Shown here one piece after another: positions 46,970 through 55,870 of a stretch of 64,000 bases of DNA. Numbering within the stretch: position 1 is the stretch's first letter; the number at the start of each line of letters is the position of its first letter. Under the pieces are notes generated by a model. It was not told the origin of the DNA. It saw only the letters and a program-made list of their open reading frames with translations, and searched no databases. Both the position numbers and the translations under genes were made by a program. The stretch lies in assembly GCA_017432665.1 (NCBI GenBank), contig JAFRIS010000038.1:10103-74102 (forward strand), in the 5' to 3' direction. Source of the DNA: Bacilli bacterium. Its GTDB lineage: Bacteria; Bacillota_I; Bacilli_A; RF39; UBA660.

Positions 46970-47783
46970 TTTTATATACTACCCTTTTATAATCAACTTC
47001 ATCCTTCTTCTTAATTAATTGTTTTGGTTTTCCAGAATTAATTAAAGTTAACGGCTTATCGTAAATAATCTTATTGATATAGGAAATTTTTGTATAAATA
47101 TCAGTATTACTTTTAGCTCGCATATAATACTTATTTAAATGACGATATTCTCTAGTATTAAGAACTTCCATAGCATTTAAAGAATCTTGTAGGCTTGCTT
47201 CTGGAATTGTTGAATCAGAAATAATTGTACATTCAAAATTATTTATAAAATCTAAAGTATCACTTAAGTCAGCTATACCTGCTTCTTCAAATAATCTTGG
47301 CCATTCTGATTCATCTCTCTCTGTTTTTACTATATGTTGAAGTTTAGCTATCTTTTCATTTGTTAAATGTTCATCAATTCCTAATTCTTCAAAAGAAACA
47401 TATCTTCCTCTACCTTTAGTACCAGGTATTTCTTTTCTTAAATCAGTAATAGCTTTACTATATAATTTATCTAAATTATCATTTACTTTCTTCGGTGGCT
47501 TTGCTACTTCATATACATCGTATCGTGAAGAATCATTTTCTTCTTTAGTTGTTACTAAGAAACTTCTGGGATGAAGTAACGACTTACTTCTAATAAAGTC
47601 TACTGCTGCACTTACATCTTTTGAATCTTTAAATGATGATTCAGAGAACTTTTCCCTATTTACAATAATTTCACTTTGTGATGCATCATCATAACAAACT
47701 CCGCGTCTTACTTTGACTGCACCTTTTAATCTTATTGACACATTCATGACACGATTTTTATTTACGATAGGTAAAATTAGCAT
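46935..47783 (-). CDS. hypothetical protein
   Basis: 282-aa ORF with a GAGGAG RBS and no recognisable motif. It overlaps the tcdA start by 35 nt. Confidence 0.5.
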   Translation of the reverse strand: MLILPIVNKNRVMNVSIRLKGAVKVRRGVCYDDASQSEIIVNREKFSESSFKDSKDVSAAVDFIRSKSLLHPRSFLVTTKEENDSSRYDVYEVAKPPKKVNDNLDKLYSKAITDLRKEIPGTKGRGRYVSFEELGIDEHLTNEKIAKLQHIVKTERDESEWPRLFEEAGIADLSDTLDFINNFECTIISDSTIPEASLQDSLNAMEVLNTREYRHLNKYYMRAKSNTDIYTKISYINKIIYDKPLTLINSGKPKQLIKKKDEVDYKRVVYKNGEEIDNKRAA

Positions 47784-47836
47784 AGTACCATCTCCTCGTA
47801 TGCCTTATTTTATCATAAACAACATTAAATGGCAAC

Positions 47837-48016
47837 AAAAAAAGTCAGAATAGTACGTCGACGGCATACGATAAAACCTGTCTCATATACAGGTGGGTGT
47901 TCGTACGTTATCATTAGGATCCTTAAACGAGTAAGTATTCAACACCGATAACTGATCAAAACTCCCTTATCGTTAACTTTGGCGGTTTTATAAGTGCCTG
48001 TTCGTATCTATCTGAC
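47837..48016 (-). ncRNA. ssrS: ~180-nt structured sRNA, candidate 6S RNA
   Basis: It has its own promoter (below). The 5' end GUCAGAUAGAUACG pairs with the 3' end CGUACUAUUCUGAC, followed by U7. Hand folding gives a rod-like RNA with a central bubble. Local GC is higher than the flanks. It lies in the aspS-tcdA interval, where B. subtilis 6S-1 (bsrA) lies. Confidence 0.55.
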
Positions 48017-48022
48017 AATTTT

Positions 48023-48051
48023 ATTATACTACATTTCTAAATTTCTAACAA
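48023..48051 (-). promoter_or_regulatory. sigma-A promoter of the sRNA
   Basis: Minus strand: TTGTTA, a 17-nt spacer, TATAAT, then 6 nt to the G of GUCAGA. Confidence 0.6.
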
Positions 48052-48055
48052 GTTT

Positions 48056-48646
48056 TTATTTTTTACTTAATTCTTCAATGCTTACATGGCCATGAAAATG
48101 ATAATCTTTTTGAGGATATTTTTCATCTACCCAAATTTTCAAATTAATTGTTTTAGTGTTGTCATGATTTAAAATGCCCTCATCTATTATCATCTTTTCA
48201 TTTTGAAAAGTTCTTACGGTAGATTCATCTATTGAATATTTAATATCTTTATAATTAATAGTCTTATTAACACAACCACATTCTTCAGCAAGGGCTTTAT
48301 CTTCTACTAAACGAACTCGATATTTTATATTATTAGAAGTATCATTTTTAAAACTGAATTTGTTCCCCAATTGATTTAATCCATCTTCATCGGATAGAAC
48401 ACTATTTTGAGTCAAAGTAATAGTACTTCCAGTCCCAATTATTTTTGCAATTTCTATATTAGTATCAATATCACTGGTAAGATCTGGTCTATTATCATCT
48501 AATCGTAATATATAATAACTAATACTAACAAAAAGTGCAACAAAAAATATTCCCATCAAAACAATATACTTTTTTTCATTACTTTTTATTTTATCAATAG
48601 TCTTGGGTTTAATACGTTTTTTGATTGACTTACCTTTTTTCATCAT
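48056..48646 (-). CDS. hypothetical membrane-anchored beta-rich protein
   Basis: Basic N-terminus plus one TM helix. The ectodomain segment SDEDGLNQLGNKFSFKNDTSNNIKYRVRLVEDKA parallels the left-edge partial ORF. Confidence 0.5.
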   Translation of the reverse strand: MMKKGKSIKKRIKPKTIDKIKSNEKKYIVLMGIFFVALFVSISYYILRLDDNRPDLTSDIDTNIEIAKIIGTGSTITLTQNSVLSDEDGLNQLGNKFSFKNDTSNNIKYRVRLVEDKALAEECGCVNKTINYKDIKYSIDESTVRTFQNEKMIIDEGILNHDNTKTINLKIWVDEKYPQKDYHFHGHVSIEELSKK

Positions 48647-48700
48647 ATCACCGTACCTTATAAAGGTAGTATAACAAAAAAACTATGGAAAGCCATAGTT

Positions 48701-50443
48701 TTATTCTTTAATACTAATACCTAATTCTTCTAATTGAATTGGTTCTAGTTCACTAGGTGCCCCCATCATTAAGTCTTGTCCTGAAGCACTTGGCGGGAAG
48801 GCTTGAACCTCTCTTAGATTTGGTTCATCCTTAATAAGCATTAAGATTCTGTCAATTCCTGGAGCCATTCCTCCATGTGGTGGACAACCATACTTGAAGG
48901 CTGTGAATATTGATCTAAACTTCTTTTCAACATGTTCACGATCATATCCAACTATTTCAAATCCTTTAGCAAGCAAATCTAAATCATGGTTTCTAATAGC
49001 ACCTGAAGCCATTTCATTACCATTACATACAAAGTCATATTGATAAGCTAAAATATCTTCTAAGTTACCTTCATAAGCTTTAGCTCCTCCATGAGGCATA
49101 CTAAATGGATTATGACAGAAATCCCATTTCTGATTTTGATCATCATATTCAAACATAGGGAAATCATTAACAATACATAGCTCTAATCTATCTTTATCTG
49201 CCAAATCTAAGTCAGCTGCTACTTTAACTCTAATAGCACCTAAAGTAGGTTTAACCATCTTCTTATTTCCAGCAAGAATTAACACTAAGTCATTATTCTT
49301 TAATTTTAATTCTTTTTTAAGAGCAGCTATCTCTTTTTCAGATACTACTTTAGCAATACTTCCAGTAACTTCTTCATTAAACTTTAAGTAAGCAATACTA
49401 GGAGCTTTTCTTTGCTTTGTTATTTCGTTTAAAGCATCCAATTGTTTTCTAGAATACTTATCAGCTGCATTTTCTACTACAATAGCATTAATAATACCTT
49501 TTTCATCAATAACATTTTTAAATAAACTAAATTCAGTATCTTTAAAAATATCAGTAATATCAGTTAATAACATTTCATATCTTAAATCCGGTTTATCAGT
49601 ACCATACTTATCCATTGCTTCTCTAAATGAGAATCTTCTAAATGGTCTAGGACTTACCTTCTTATCAGAAAATTTAGTGAAGACATCATAGAATACTTCT
49701 TCTCCTACATCAAGAACATCATCTTCTTCACAGAACGACATTTCTAAATCCAATTGATAAAATTCTAATGTTCTGTCTGCTCTTGGATCTTCATCTCTAA
49801 AACATGGAGCTATTTGAAAATACTTCTCAAGTCCACCAACCATTAATAATTCTTTATAAATTTGTGGAGCTTGTGGTAAAGCATAGAACTTTCCTTTGAA
49901 GTTTCTAGATGGAACAACAAAGTCTCTAGCTCCTTCTGGAGATGAAGCTGTTAGGATTGGTGTTTGTACCTCGATAAATCCCATATCATACATTTTATTA
50001 CGAATAAAATGTAATACTTCATTTCTTAATAACATATTATTTTTTAATTTGTTTCTTCTAAGATCTAAGTAACGATATTTTAAACGAGTATCTTCTAATG
50101 CTTTAGTATCATCAACTATTTCAAATGGAATGTCTTCTGAAGTAGTTAATAATTCTAATTCAGACACTGATACTTCTACTTCTCCAGTAGGTATATTTTT
50201 ATTCTTACTTTCTCTTTCAACAATCTTTCCTACTACTCTGATTACTGACTCGTTTTTAAATGAAGAAGCAAGATCATAGAATTCTTGTTCTGGTCTTACT
50301 ACTATTTGAATAATTCCACTCTTATCACGAAGATCAATAAAGATTAATCCTCCTAAGTTTCTTTTCTTTTGAACCCAACCGAATAATTCTACTTCGTCTC
50401 CCACATTTTTTATATTAAATTCACCATTATTAAATTTTTTCAT
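48701..50443 (-). CDS. aspS: aspartate--tRNA ligase
   Basis: Class II motifs: FRDEDPRADRTLEFYQLDLEMSF and GGMAPGIDR. Confidence 0.97.
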   Translation of the reverse strand: MKKFNNGEFNIKNVGDEVELFGWVQKKRNLGGLIFIDLRDKSGIIQIVVRPEQEFYDLASSFKNESVIRVVGKIVERESKNKNIPTGEVEVSVSELELLTTSEDIPFEIVDDTKALEDTRLKYRYLDLRRNKLKNNMLLRNEVLHFIRNKMYDMGFIEVQTPILTASSPEGARDFVVPSRNFKGKFYALPQAPQIYKELLMVGGLEKYFQIAPCFRDEDPRADRTLEFYQLDLEMSFCEEDDVLDVGEEVFYDVFTKFSDKKVSPRPFRRFSFREAMDKYGTDKPDLRYEMLLTDITDIFKDTEFSLFKNVIDEKGIINAIVVENAADKYSRKQLDALNEITKQRKAPSIAYLKFNEEVTGSIAKVVSEKEIAALKKELKLKNNDLVLILAGNKKMVKPTLGAIRVKVAADLDLADKDRLELCIVNDFPMFEYDDQNQKWDFCHNPFSMPHGGAKAYEGNLEDILAYQYDFVCNGNEMASGAIRNHDLDLLAKGFEIVGYDREHVEKKFRSIFTAFKYGCPPHGGMAPGIDRILMLIKDEPNLREVQAFPPSASGQDLMMGAPSELEPIQLEELGISIKE

Positions 50444-50449
50444 CTATAT

Positions 50450-51814
50450 CTACTCCTTATGACCACATTTACAATCATTTCCACATTTACATTCATGATC
50501 TTCATCATGACAACCACAATCGCAATCATCACTGTCTTCTTCCATGGAATTTAATTGTTCATCTAAATAATAAATCAAAGCATCTAAACTAATTATTTCT
50601 TCTTCTTTAGTTTTATTATTTTTTATCTTAATTTCATTATTATTTAAATCTTCACTATTTAAAACAGCAATAAATTTAGCGTTTAATCTATCTGCTTGTT
50701 TAAACTGAGCTTTTAATGCCCTACCTGTATATTCTGTATCAACTATAAAGCCCGCTAATCTTAATTCTTGGGTTAAGTATGCAGCATTTTTCTTTTCATC
50801 TTCATTAACATACATTAAGAATAAATCAACGTCTTCAACTATTGGCATTTTTACTTTTTCTAATTCTAAAGCCATTACTATACGACCAATACCTGATGCA
50901 AATCCTACACATGGTGTATCTGGACCATCTAATTGTTTTACTAGTCCATTATATCTACCACCAGCACCTATAACATTATTAGAACCAAACCCTTCTACTT
51001 TAGCTTCTATTTCAAATACTGTGTGATTATAATAGTCTAATCCTCTAACGATATTTGGATTAATCTCATAATTAATTTGCATAATATCTAAGTATTCTTG
51101 AACTTTTTCAAAACGATCACGACTTTCATCATTTAAGAAATCCAATGTCTTAGGTGCTTTCTTTAAGATAGGGTTATCAACATCTACCTTACAATCTAAG
51201 ATTCTAAGAGGATTCTTTTCAAGTCTTTCTTGGCAATCTTCACAGAAATCTTTAATATGTGGTTTAAAATACTTAATTAGTTCTTTACGATAAGCATCTC
51301 TTGATTCATTATCTCCTAATGTATTTAAATTTACTTTTATTTCTTTTAAGCCAAGAACTTTATACAAGTTAACTGCTGCGCTAATAATTTCAGCATCAGC
51401 TAAAGGATCATCACTACCTAGTATTTCCATACCAAATTGCGTTAATTCTCTATCTCTTCCACTCTGAGGTCTTTCATAACGATACATCGTTCCGTTATAG
51501 TAAACTTTTACTGGTTGATTAGGATCTCCATACATTTTATTTTCAATGTAACTTCTAACAACACCAGCAGTACCTTCAGGTCTAAGAGTAATTTTTCTAC
51601 CACCCTTATCTTCAAAATCATAACTTTCTTTAGTTACAATATCAGTAGTATCACCTATACCTCTATGAAATAATTCGGTTGCTTCTATAATTGGAGTACG
51701 AATATAAGTATAATTATACTTTTCCATTAAAGCATCAATCACACTATCAACATATTTCCAAACTTTAGCTTCTCTTCCAAAAATATCATTACAACCTTTT
51801 TGCTTTTGAATCAT
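50450..51814 (-). CDS. hisS: histidine--tRNA ligase with Cys/His-rich C-terminal tail
   Basis: Motif 2 is RYERPQSGRDRELTQFG. The true start MIQKQKG at 51814 has an AGGAGGG RBS. The 21 aa upstream in the track are read-through of the T-box terminator. Confidence 0.95.
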   Translation of the reverse strand: MIQKQKGCNDIFGREAKVWKYVDSVIDALMEKYNYTYIRTPIIEATELFHRGIGDTTDIVTKESYDFEDKGGRKITLRPEGTAGVVRSYIENKMYGDPNQPVKVYYNGTMYRYERPQSGRDRELTQFGMEILGSDDPLADAEIISAAVNLYKVLGLKEIKVNLNTLGDNESRDAYRKELIKYFKPHIKDFCEDCQERLEKNPLRILDCKVDVDNPILKKAPKTLDFLNDESRDRFEKVQEYLDIMQINYEINPNIVRGLDYYNHTVFEIEAKVEGFGSNNVIGAGGRYNGLVKQLDGPDTPCVGFASGIGRIVMALELEKVKMPIVEDVDLFLMYVNEDEKKNAAYLTQELRLAGFIVDTEYTGRALKAQFKQADRLNAKFIAVLNSEDLNNNEIKIKNNKTKEEEIISLDALIYYLDEQLNSMEEDSDDCDCGCHDEDHECKCGNDCKCGHKE

Positions 51815-52020
51815 TCTATCCCTCCTATAAAATAAAAAGATGGCTACCCAAAGGACGATACAATATCGTGGTGCCACCTTATTTTTTACTCTTATTATCT
51901 ATATCGCGATAAACCGATTGCTTATTACAGGGTGTCTTCATTATATTTAAATTAAGTATTTTCACCAACCATACTCTCTCTTTTTAATTCTTATATAACT
52001 ACTCTTCCCCAAGCAGACAT
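51815..52020 (-). promoter_or_regulatory. T-box riboswitch leader of hisS-aspS
   Basis: Minus strand: GGGGAAGAGTAG (stem I base), AGAGAG...GGTGAAAA, a specifier region GAAGACACC, the T-box sequence AAGGTGGCACCACG, and a terminator GGTGGCACC...GGGTAGCCATC followed by TTTTTATTTT. The 5' boundary is approximate. Confidence 0.85.
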
Positions 52021-52053
52021 TTATATTATAATACTTTTATTCAAATTATACAA

Positions 52054-53208
52054 TTATTTTTCTAGTAATTTTAATTCTTTTTGATATCCTTTAATATAAT
52101 TTTCTGGTGTAACTCCATTTTTATCAAGAAATTCCGGAGAAAATATTTCCCCTCTACGATCATACATTTCTAATAGCATATCATTATCAAAACCATATTT
52201 ATCAACATTATCTTTTATAATCATCGAAATGATATCACCATATGTATAGATATGATTATGTATTACATTTAAAGTTGATATTCTTTCTAAAAAACTTTTA
52301 ATATCCTCATTAAAGTTTTTCTTTATTAATGAATAAATATATTCTGAACTATATTTATCTTGTTGGTTCTTTTTTAGCATATCATAATCAAGCAAGCTAT
52401 CAATATAACCACCTATTAACATCCAATAATGATTGCTATTTTTAGCTATTAATTCATCCTTTGCATCATTAATTAAAATATCATTATTGATTAAATATTC
52501 TATCATTAATCTTTCAAATAATACTGATGTTACTTCTGTATAAAAAGATCGATGTAAATATTTATTAAAATCAATATAATCACCATCAAACTTTGAATAA
52601 TCATATGCATGTCCAAATTCATGAGCTAATGTACTTAGAGTTCTAACATCATAATTAGCATTTGAAGAGAATACATCAACGGACTTATCAACAGGATTAA
52701 ATAATATGAATCCTGCTGCTGAAGGCATAACTTCACCGTAAAAAGAATAAATACCGACATTTTTAATAAATTTATCAAAGTCTTTACCCAGATTTAAACT
52801 TTTCAAAAATGATGAGAAAATATCAAAGAATTCTCCTTTACTAAGACATTCCTTCATACATGTATATTGGTCTTCCATAAAATTTAAATTTCCACTAAGA
52901 TCATTGATAATACTTCCTAACATTTTTTTATGATAATCTCTATTCTCAAAAAAGTTTTTTAACGCTCTATCACGAAAAATCATTGTTTTCTTATCATATT
53001 TTTTACCATTCTTAACACTACCAAAAATATCTTTATCAGAGTAATTTAAAGGTACACCAATCGTTGCTACTAATGCATCATACATACACCATATATAGTG
53101 CCCTAACGCTAGTCTTTCATCTGCTGATTTAGCTTTTTTTAACAATATAGTAGCATCAGCTAATCTTTCTACTAAAGTTTCAACATCTTCTCCAAATTGC
53201 ATATTCAT
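52054..53208 (-). CDS. HExxH zinc metallopeptidase-like protein (short M3/oligoendopeptidase-F-like)
   Basis: LAHEFGHAYD followed by a downstream Glu (TEVTSVLFE), gluzincin-like. No signal peptide. Confidence 0.45.
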   Translation of the reverse strand: MNMQFGEDVETLVERLADATILLKKAKSADERLALGHYIWCMYDALVATIGVPLNYSDKDIFGSVKNGKKYDKKTMIFRDRALKNFFENRDYHKKMLGSIINDLSGNLNFMEDQYTCMKECLSKGEFFDIFSSFLKSLNLGKDFDKFIKNVGIYSFYGEVMPSAAGFILFNPVDKSVDVFSSNANYDVRTLSTLAHEFGHAYDYSKFDGDYIDFNKYLHRSFYTEVTSVLFERLMIEYLINNDILINDAKDELIAKNSNHYWMLIGGYIDSLLDYDMLKKNQQDKYSSEYIYSLIKKNFNEDIKSFLERISTLNVIHNHIYTYGDIISMIIKDNVDKYGFDNDMLLEMYDRRGEIFSPEFLDKNGVTPENYIKGYQKELKLLEK

Positions 53209-53214
53209 CCTCCC

Positions 53215-53241
53215 CTAAAAAAAAGAAACTTCACCAGTTTC
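53215..53241 (-). terminator. intrinsic terminator after dtd
   Basis: On the minus strand, AAGAAACT-ggtga-AGTTTCTT is followed by T8. Confidence 0.55.
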
Positions 53242-53274
53242 TTTAATTATAGCAAAATATTTTTTTGTTTACAA

Positions 53275-53709
53275 TTATTTTTCTAACATAATTGTAATTG
53301 GACCATCATTAGTTATATTAACAGTCATTTCAGCACCAAATTTACCTGTTTCTACATGAAGATATTTTTCTAATTCCTTATTAAATGCTTCATATAATTT
53401 AATAGCTTCTTCGCCACCCATGGCATTAATATAACTTGGTCTATTACCTTTTTTTGTATCAGCATATAAAGTAAATTGAGAAATAGATAAGACACTTCCC
53501 CCATAGTCTAAAATACTTTTATTCATGACACCATTCTCATCATCGAAGATTCTTAAATTAACTATTTTTTTAGCAATATACTCTATCTTTTCCTGATTAT
53601 CTCCTTCAGTAAAACCTACTAAAACAACTATTCCCGAATCTATTTTGCCAATAGTTTTACCTTCAACGACAACACTACTTTTGCCACTTCTTTGTACTAG
53701 AGCCTTCAT
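53275..53709 (-). CDS. dtd: D-aminoacyl-tRNA deacylase
   Basis: MKALVQR..., SQFTLYADTKKGNRPS, GPITI. It overlaps the relA stop by 4 nt. Confidence 0.9.
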   Translation of the reverse strand: MKALVQRSGKSSVVVEGKTIGKIDSGIVVLVGFTEGDNQEKIEYIAKKIVNLRIFDDENGVMNKSILDYGGSVLSISQFTLYADTKKGNRPSYINAMGGEEAIKLYEAFNKELEKYLHVETGKFGAEMTVNITNDGPITIMLEK

Positions 53710-55859
53710 CGCATCTCCCTCTCTATTTTATCAACATATTTGTTTCTAGCTAATGTCATTATTAATTTTTCTAATTGTTCTAGACCAGATACATAACAAG
53801 TTATTTCATAAGTATTTTGATCCATAATCTTGATTCCATCAACACTAACATTATAAGTAGAAATTGTTTGAACCAAATCCAACATATGATTTTTTTCATC
53901 ATTAGTATAAATCAAAACACATGTTAAATATCTCTTATTATTATTTGTGTTCCAATTAACTTCAACTATTCTATCATCAAGCGATTCTAGATTATGACAA
54001 TTCATTCTATGAACACTAATACCATTACCTTTAGTAATATAACCAACTATTGGATCACCAAATACTGGATTACAGCAATTAGCTAAATTAACTTTAACTT
54101 TATCGATACCACTGACAATAATATCAGCATCTTTGCTTTTTTCAGTAATTTTAACTTTCTTTGGTACTGGTAAATCATCTTCTTTAATAATAACATTAAT
54201 AACACTATTAACCGGCACTTTACCATTACCAATATTTAAATATATTTCTTCTAAGTTATCTACTTTAATATCTTCACAAATCTTTTTAATATTCTCATCA
54301 GATAAAAATTCTGAGAATACTAATTTCTTTTTACGAAGTTCTTTTTCTAATGAATACTTACCTCTCTCAACATAGATTTCACGATCATTTTTAGTAAAGA
54401 AAGCTCTTATCTTATTACGAGTAGCAGTACTCTTAACCATATTAATCCACTCTTTAGACGGAGTAGAATTCTTATTAGTATTTATTTTAACTATATCATT
54501 ATCTTTCAATTCATAATCTAATGGAACAATATTATTATTAACAATTGCTCCAATAGTAGTTTCTCCTACTTTACTATGAATCTTATAAGCAAAATCAATT
54601 GGAGTAGCACCTATTGGAAGTTCAATAACATCTCCTTTAGGAGTATAACAATATATATTATTATTTAAAACTTCATCTTTAACAGTATTAACAAAATCTT
54701 CACTACTCATCTTGTCATGACTTAAATCAATAATCTGTTTAAAAAATTGTAGTTTTTGTTCTGTCGTAGATTGAAGATTAGCCGCATTAGTACTTCCACC
54801 ATTTTCTTTATAAGCCCAATGTGAAGCAATACCATTCTCAGCCACTTCATTCATTTCGTATGTACGAATTTGAATTTCAAACAAATAACCATCTATACCA
54901 AATACTGTTGTATGTAATGATTGATACATATTAGGCTTTGGCATAGCTATATAATCTTTAAATCTTTTAGATAGAGGTCTAAACTTAGAATGAATTAAAC
55001 CTAAAGCCAAGTAACATTCTTGCTCAGTATTAACTAATATTCTAAGAGCTAATAAATCATAAATATCACTGAATTTTTTACCTTTATCAAGTTTATTATA
55101 AATACTATAAATACTCTTAGATCTACCTTTTATTTCAAAAGGAATATGATGTTCTGTTAGAAGTTCAGACAATTCATTTTGCATTTCAAAAACAGTTCTA
55201 TCTCTTTCAATCTTCGTAGTATTTAATTTCTCTACAATGTCATAGAAAACATCTGGCTTTAAATAGCGAAGAGCCAAATCTTCTAAGTCACTTTTTATTT
55301 TATGAATTCCTAAGTGATGGGCAATTGGAGCCAATATTTCTAAAGCTTCACGGGCTTTTACTTTTTGACGATCTTCAGGTATTGCCCATAATGTACGCAT
55401 ATTATGTAATCTATCTGCTAATTTAATAATTATTACTCGTACATCTTCACTCATTCCAACAATTATTTTTTTGTAATAATCAATTAAGTATTCATTTTCT
55501 GTTGAAAAGTGAATCTTACTAAGTTTAGTAACTCCTTGTACTAGCTTAGTAATATTTTTGCCGAATTTTTCTTCCATTTCCTCTTCAGTACAATCACAAT
55601 CTTCTAAAACATCGTGCATAAGACCTGCGGAAATTGTTTCATAGTCTGCATAGATTGAAATAAGAATTAAGGCAACATTCATCGGATGATAAATGTATGC
55701 CTCTCCACTTTTACGAAATTGCCCAGCATGCTTTTCATCAGCAAACTCATAGGCTTTCTTAATGATGTTAATCTGTTCTTTATCTTCAATATATGCTTTA
55801 GCTTTTGTAATTATTTCATCGATGGAAATATTACTTTGTTTTTTTGACAAAGAACTCAT
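53706..55859 (-). CDS. relA: bifunctional (p)ppGpp synthetase/hydrolase (RelA/SpoT homolog)
   Basis: HD domain (HPMNVA...HDVLED), synthetase domain (YQSLHTTV) and TGS/ACT C-terminal domains. 717 aa. Confidence 0.95.
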   Translation of the reverse strand: MSSLSKKQSNISIDEIITKAKAYIEDKEQINIIKKAYEFADEKHAGQFRKSGEAYIYHPMNVALILISIYADYETISAGLMHDVLEDCDCTEEEMEEKFGKNITKLVQGVTKLSKIHFSTENEYLIDYYKKIIVGMSEDVRVIIIKLADRLHNMRTLWAIPEDRQKVKAREALEILAPIAHHLGIHKIKSDLEDLALRYLKPDVFYDIVEKLNTTKIERDRTVFEMQNELSELLTEHHIPFEIKGRSKSIYSIYNKLDKGKKFSDIYDLLALRILVNTEQECYLALGLIHSKFRPLSKRFKDYIAMPKPNMYQSLHTTVFGIDGYLFEIQIRTYEMNEVAENGIASHWAYKENGGSTNAANLQSTTEQKLQFFKQIIDLSHDKMSSEDFVNTVKDEVLNNNIYCYTPKGDVIELPIGATPIDFAYKIHSKVGETTIGAIVNNNIVPLDYELKDNDIVKINTNKNSTPSKEWINMVKSTATRNKIRAFFTKNDREIYVERGKYSLEKELRKKKLVFSEFLSDENIKKICEDIKVDNLEEIYLNIGNGKVPVNSVINVIIKEDDLPVPKKVKITEKSKDADIIVSGIDKVKVNLANCCNPVFGDPIVGYITKGNGISVHRMNCHNLESLDDRIVEVNWNTNNNKRYLTCVLIYTNDEKNHMLDLVQTISTYNVSVDGIKIMDQNTYEITCYVSGLEQLEKLIMTLARNKYVDKIEREMR

Positions 55860-55870
55860 CTCCCCTCTGG

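Noticed and set aside
47837-48016. The GC-richer structured region considered as a riboswitch for the downstream 282-aa ORF, as SRP/RNase P/tmRNA, or as a cloning-vector remnant (it contains GTCGAC and GGATCC sites).
   Set aside because: The 5' and 3' ends pair with each other, and a U7 tract ends the RNA before the downstream RBS, so it is a stand-alone RNA and not a leader. SRP domain IV motifs, the RNase P P4 motif and tmRNA ends are absent. The two restriction sites are 47 nt apart with no polylinker context, and they sit in predicted helices or the apical loop.
51815-51877. A 21-aa N-terminal extension of HisS in the ORF track (MAPRYCIVLWVAIFLFYRRDR).
   Set aside because: This segment is the T-box terminator and antiterminator sequence read as protein. 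A strong RBS (AGGAGGG) precedes the internal ATG at 51814, and HisS homologs begin at MIQKQKG.
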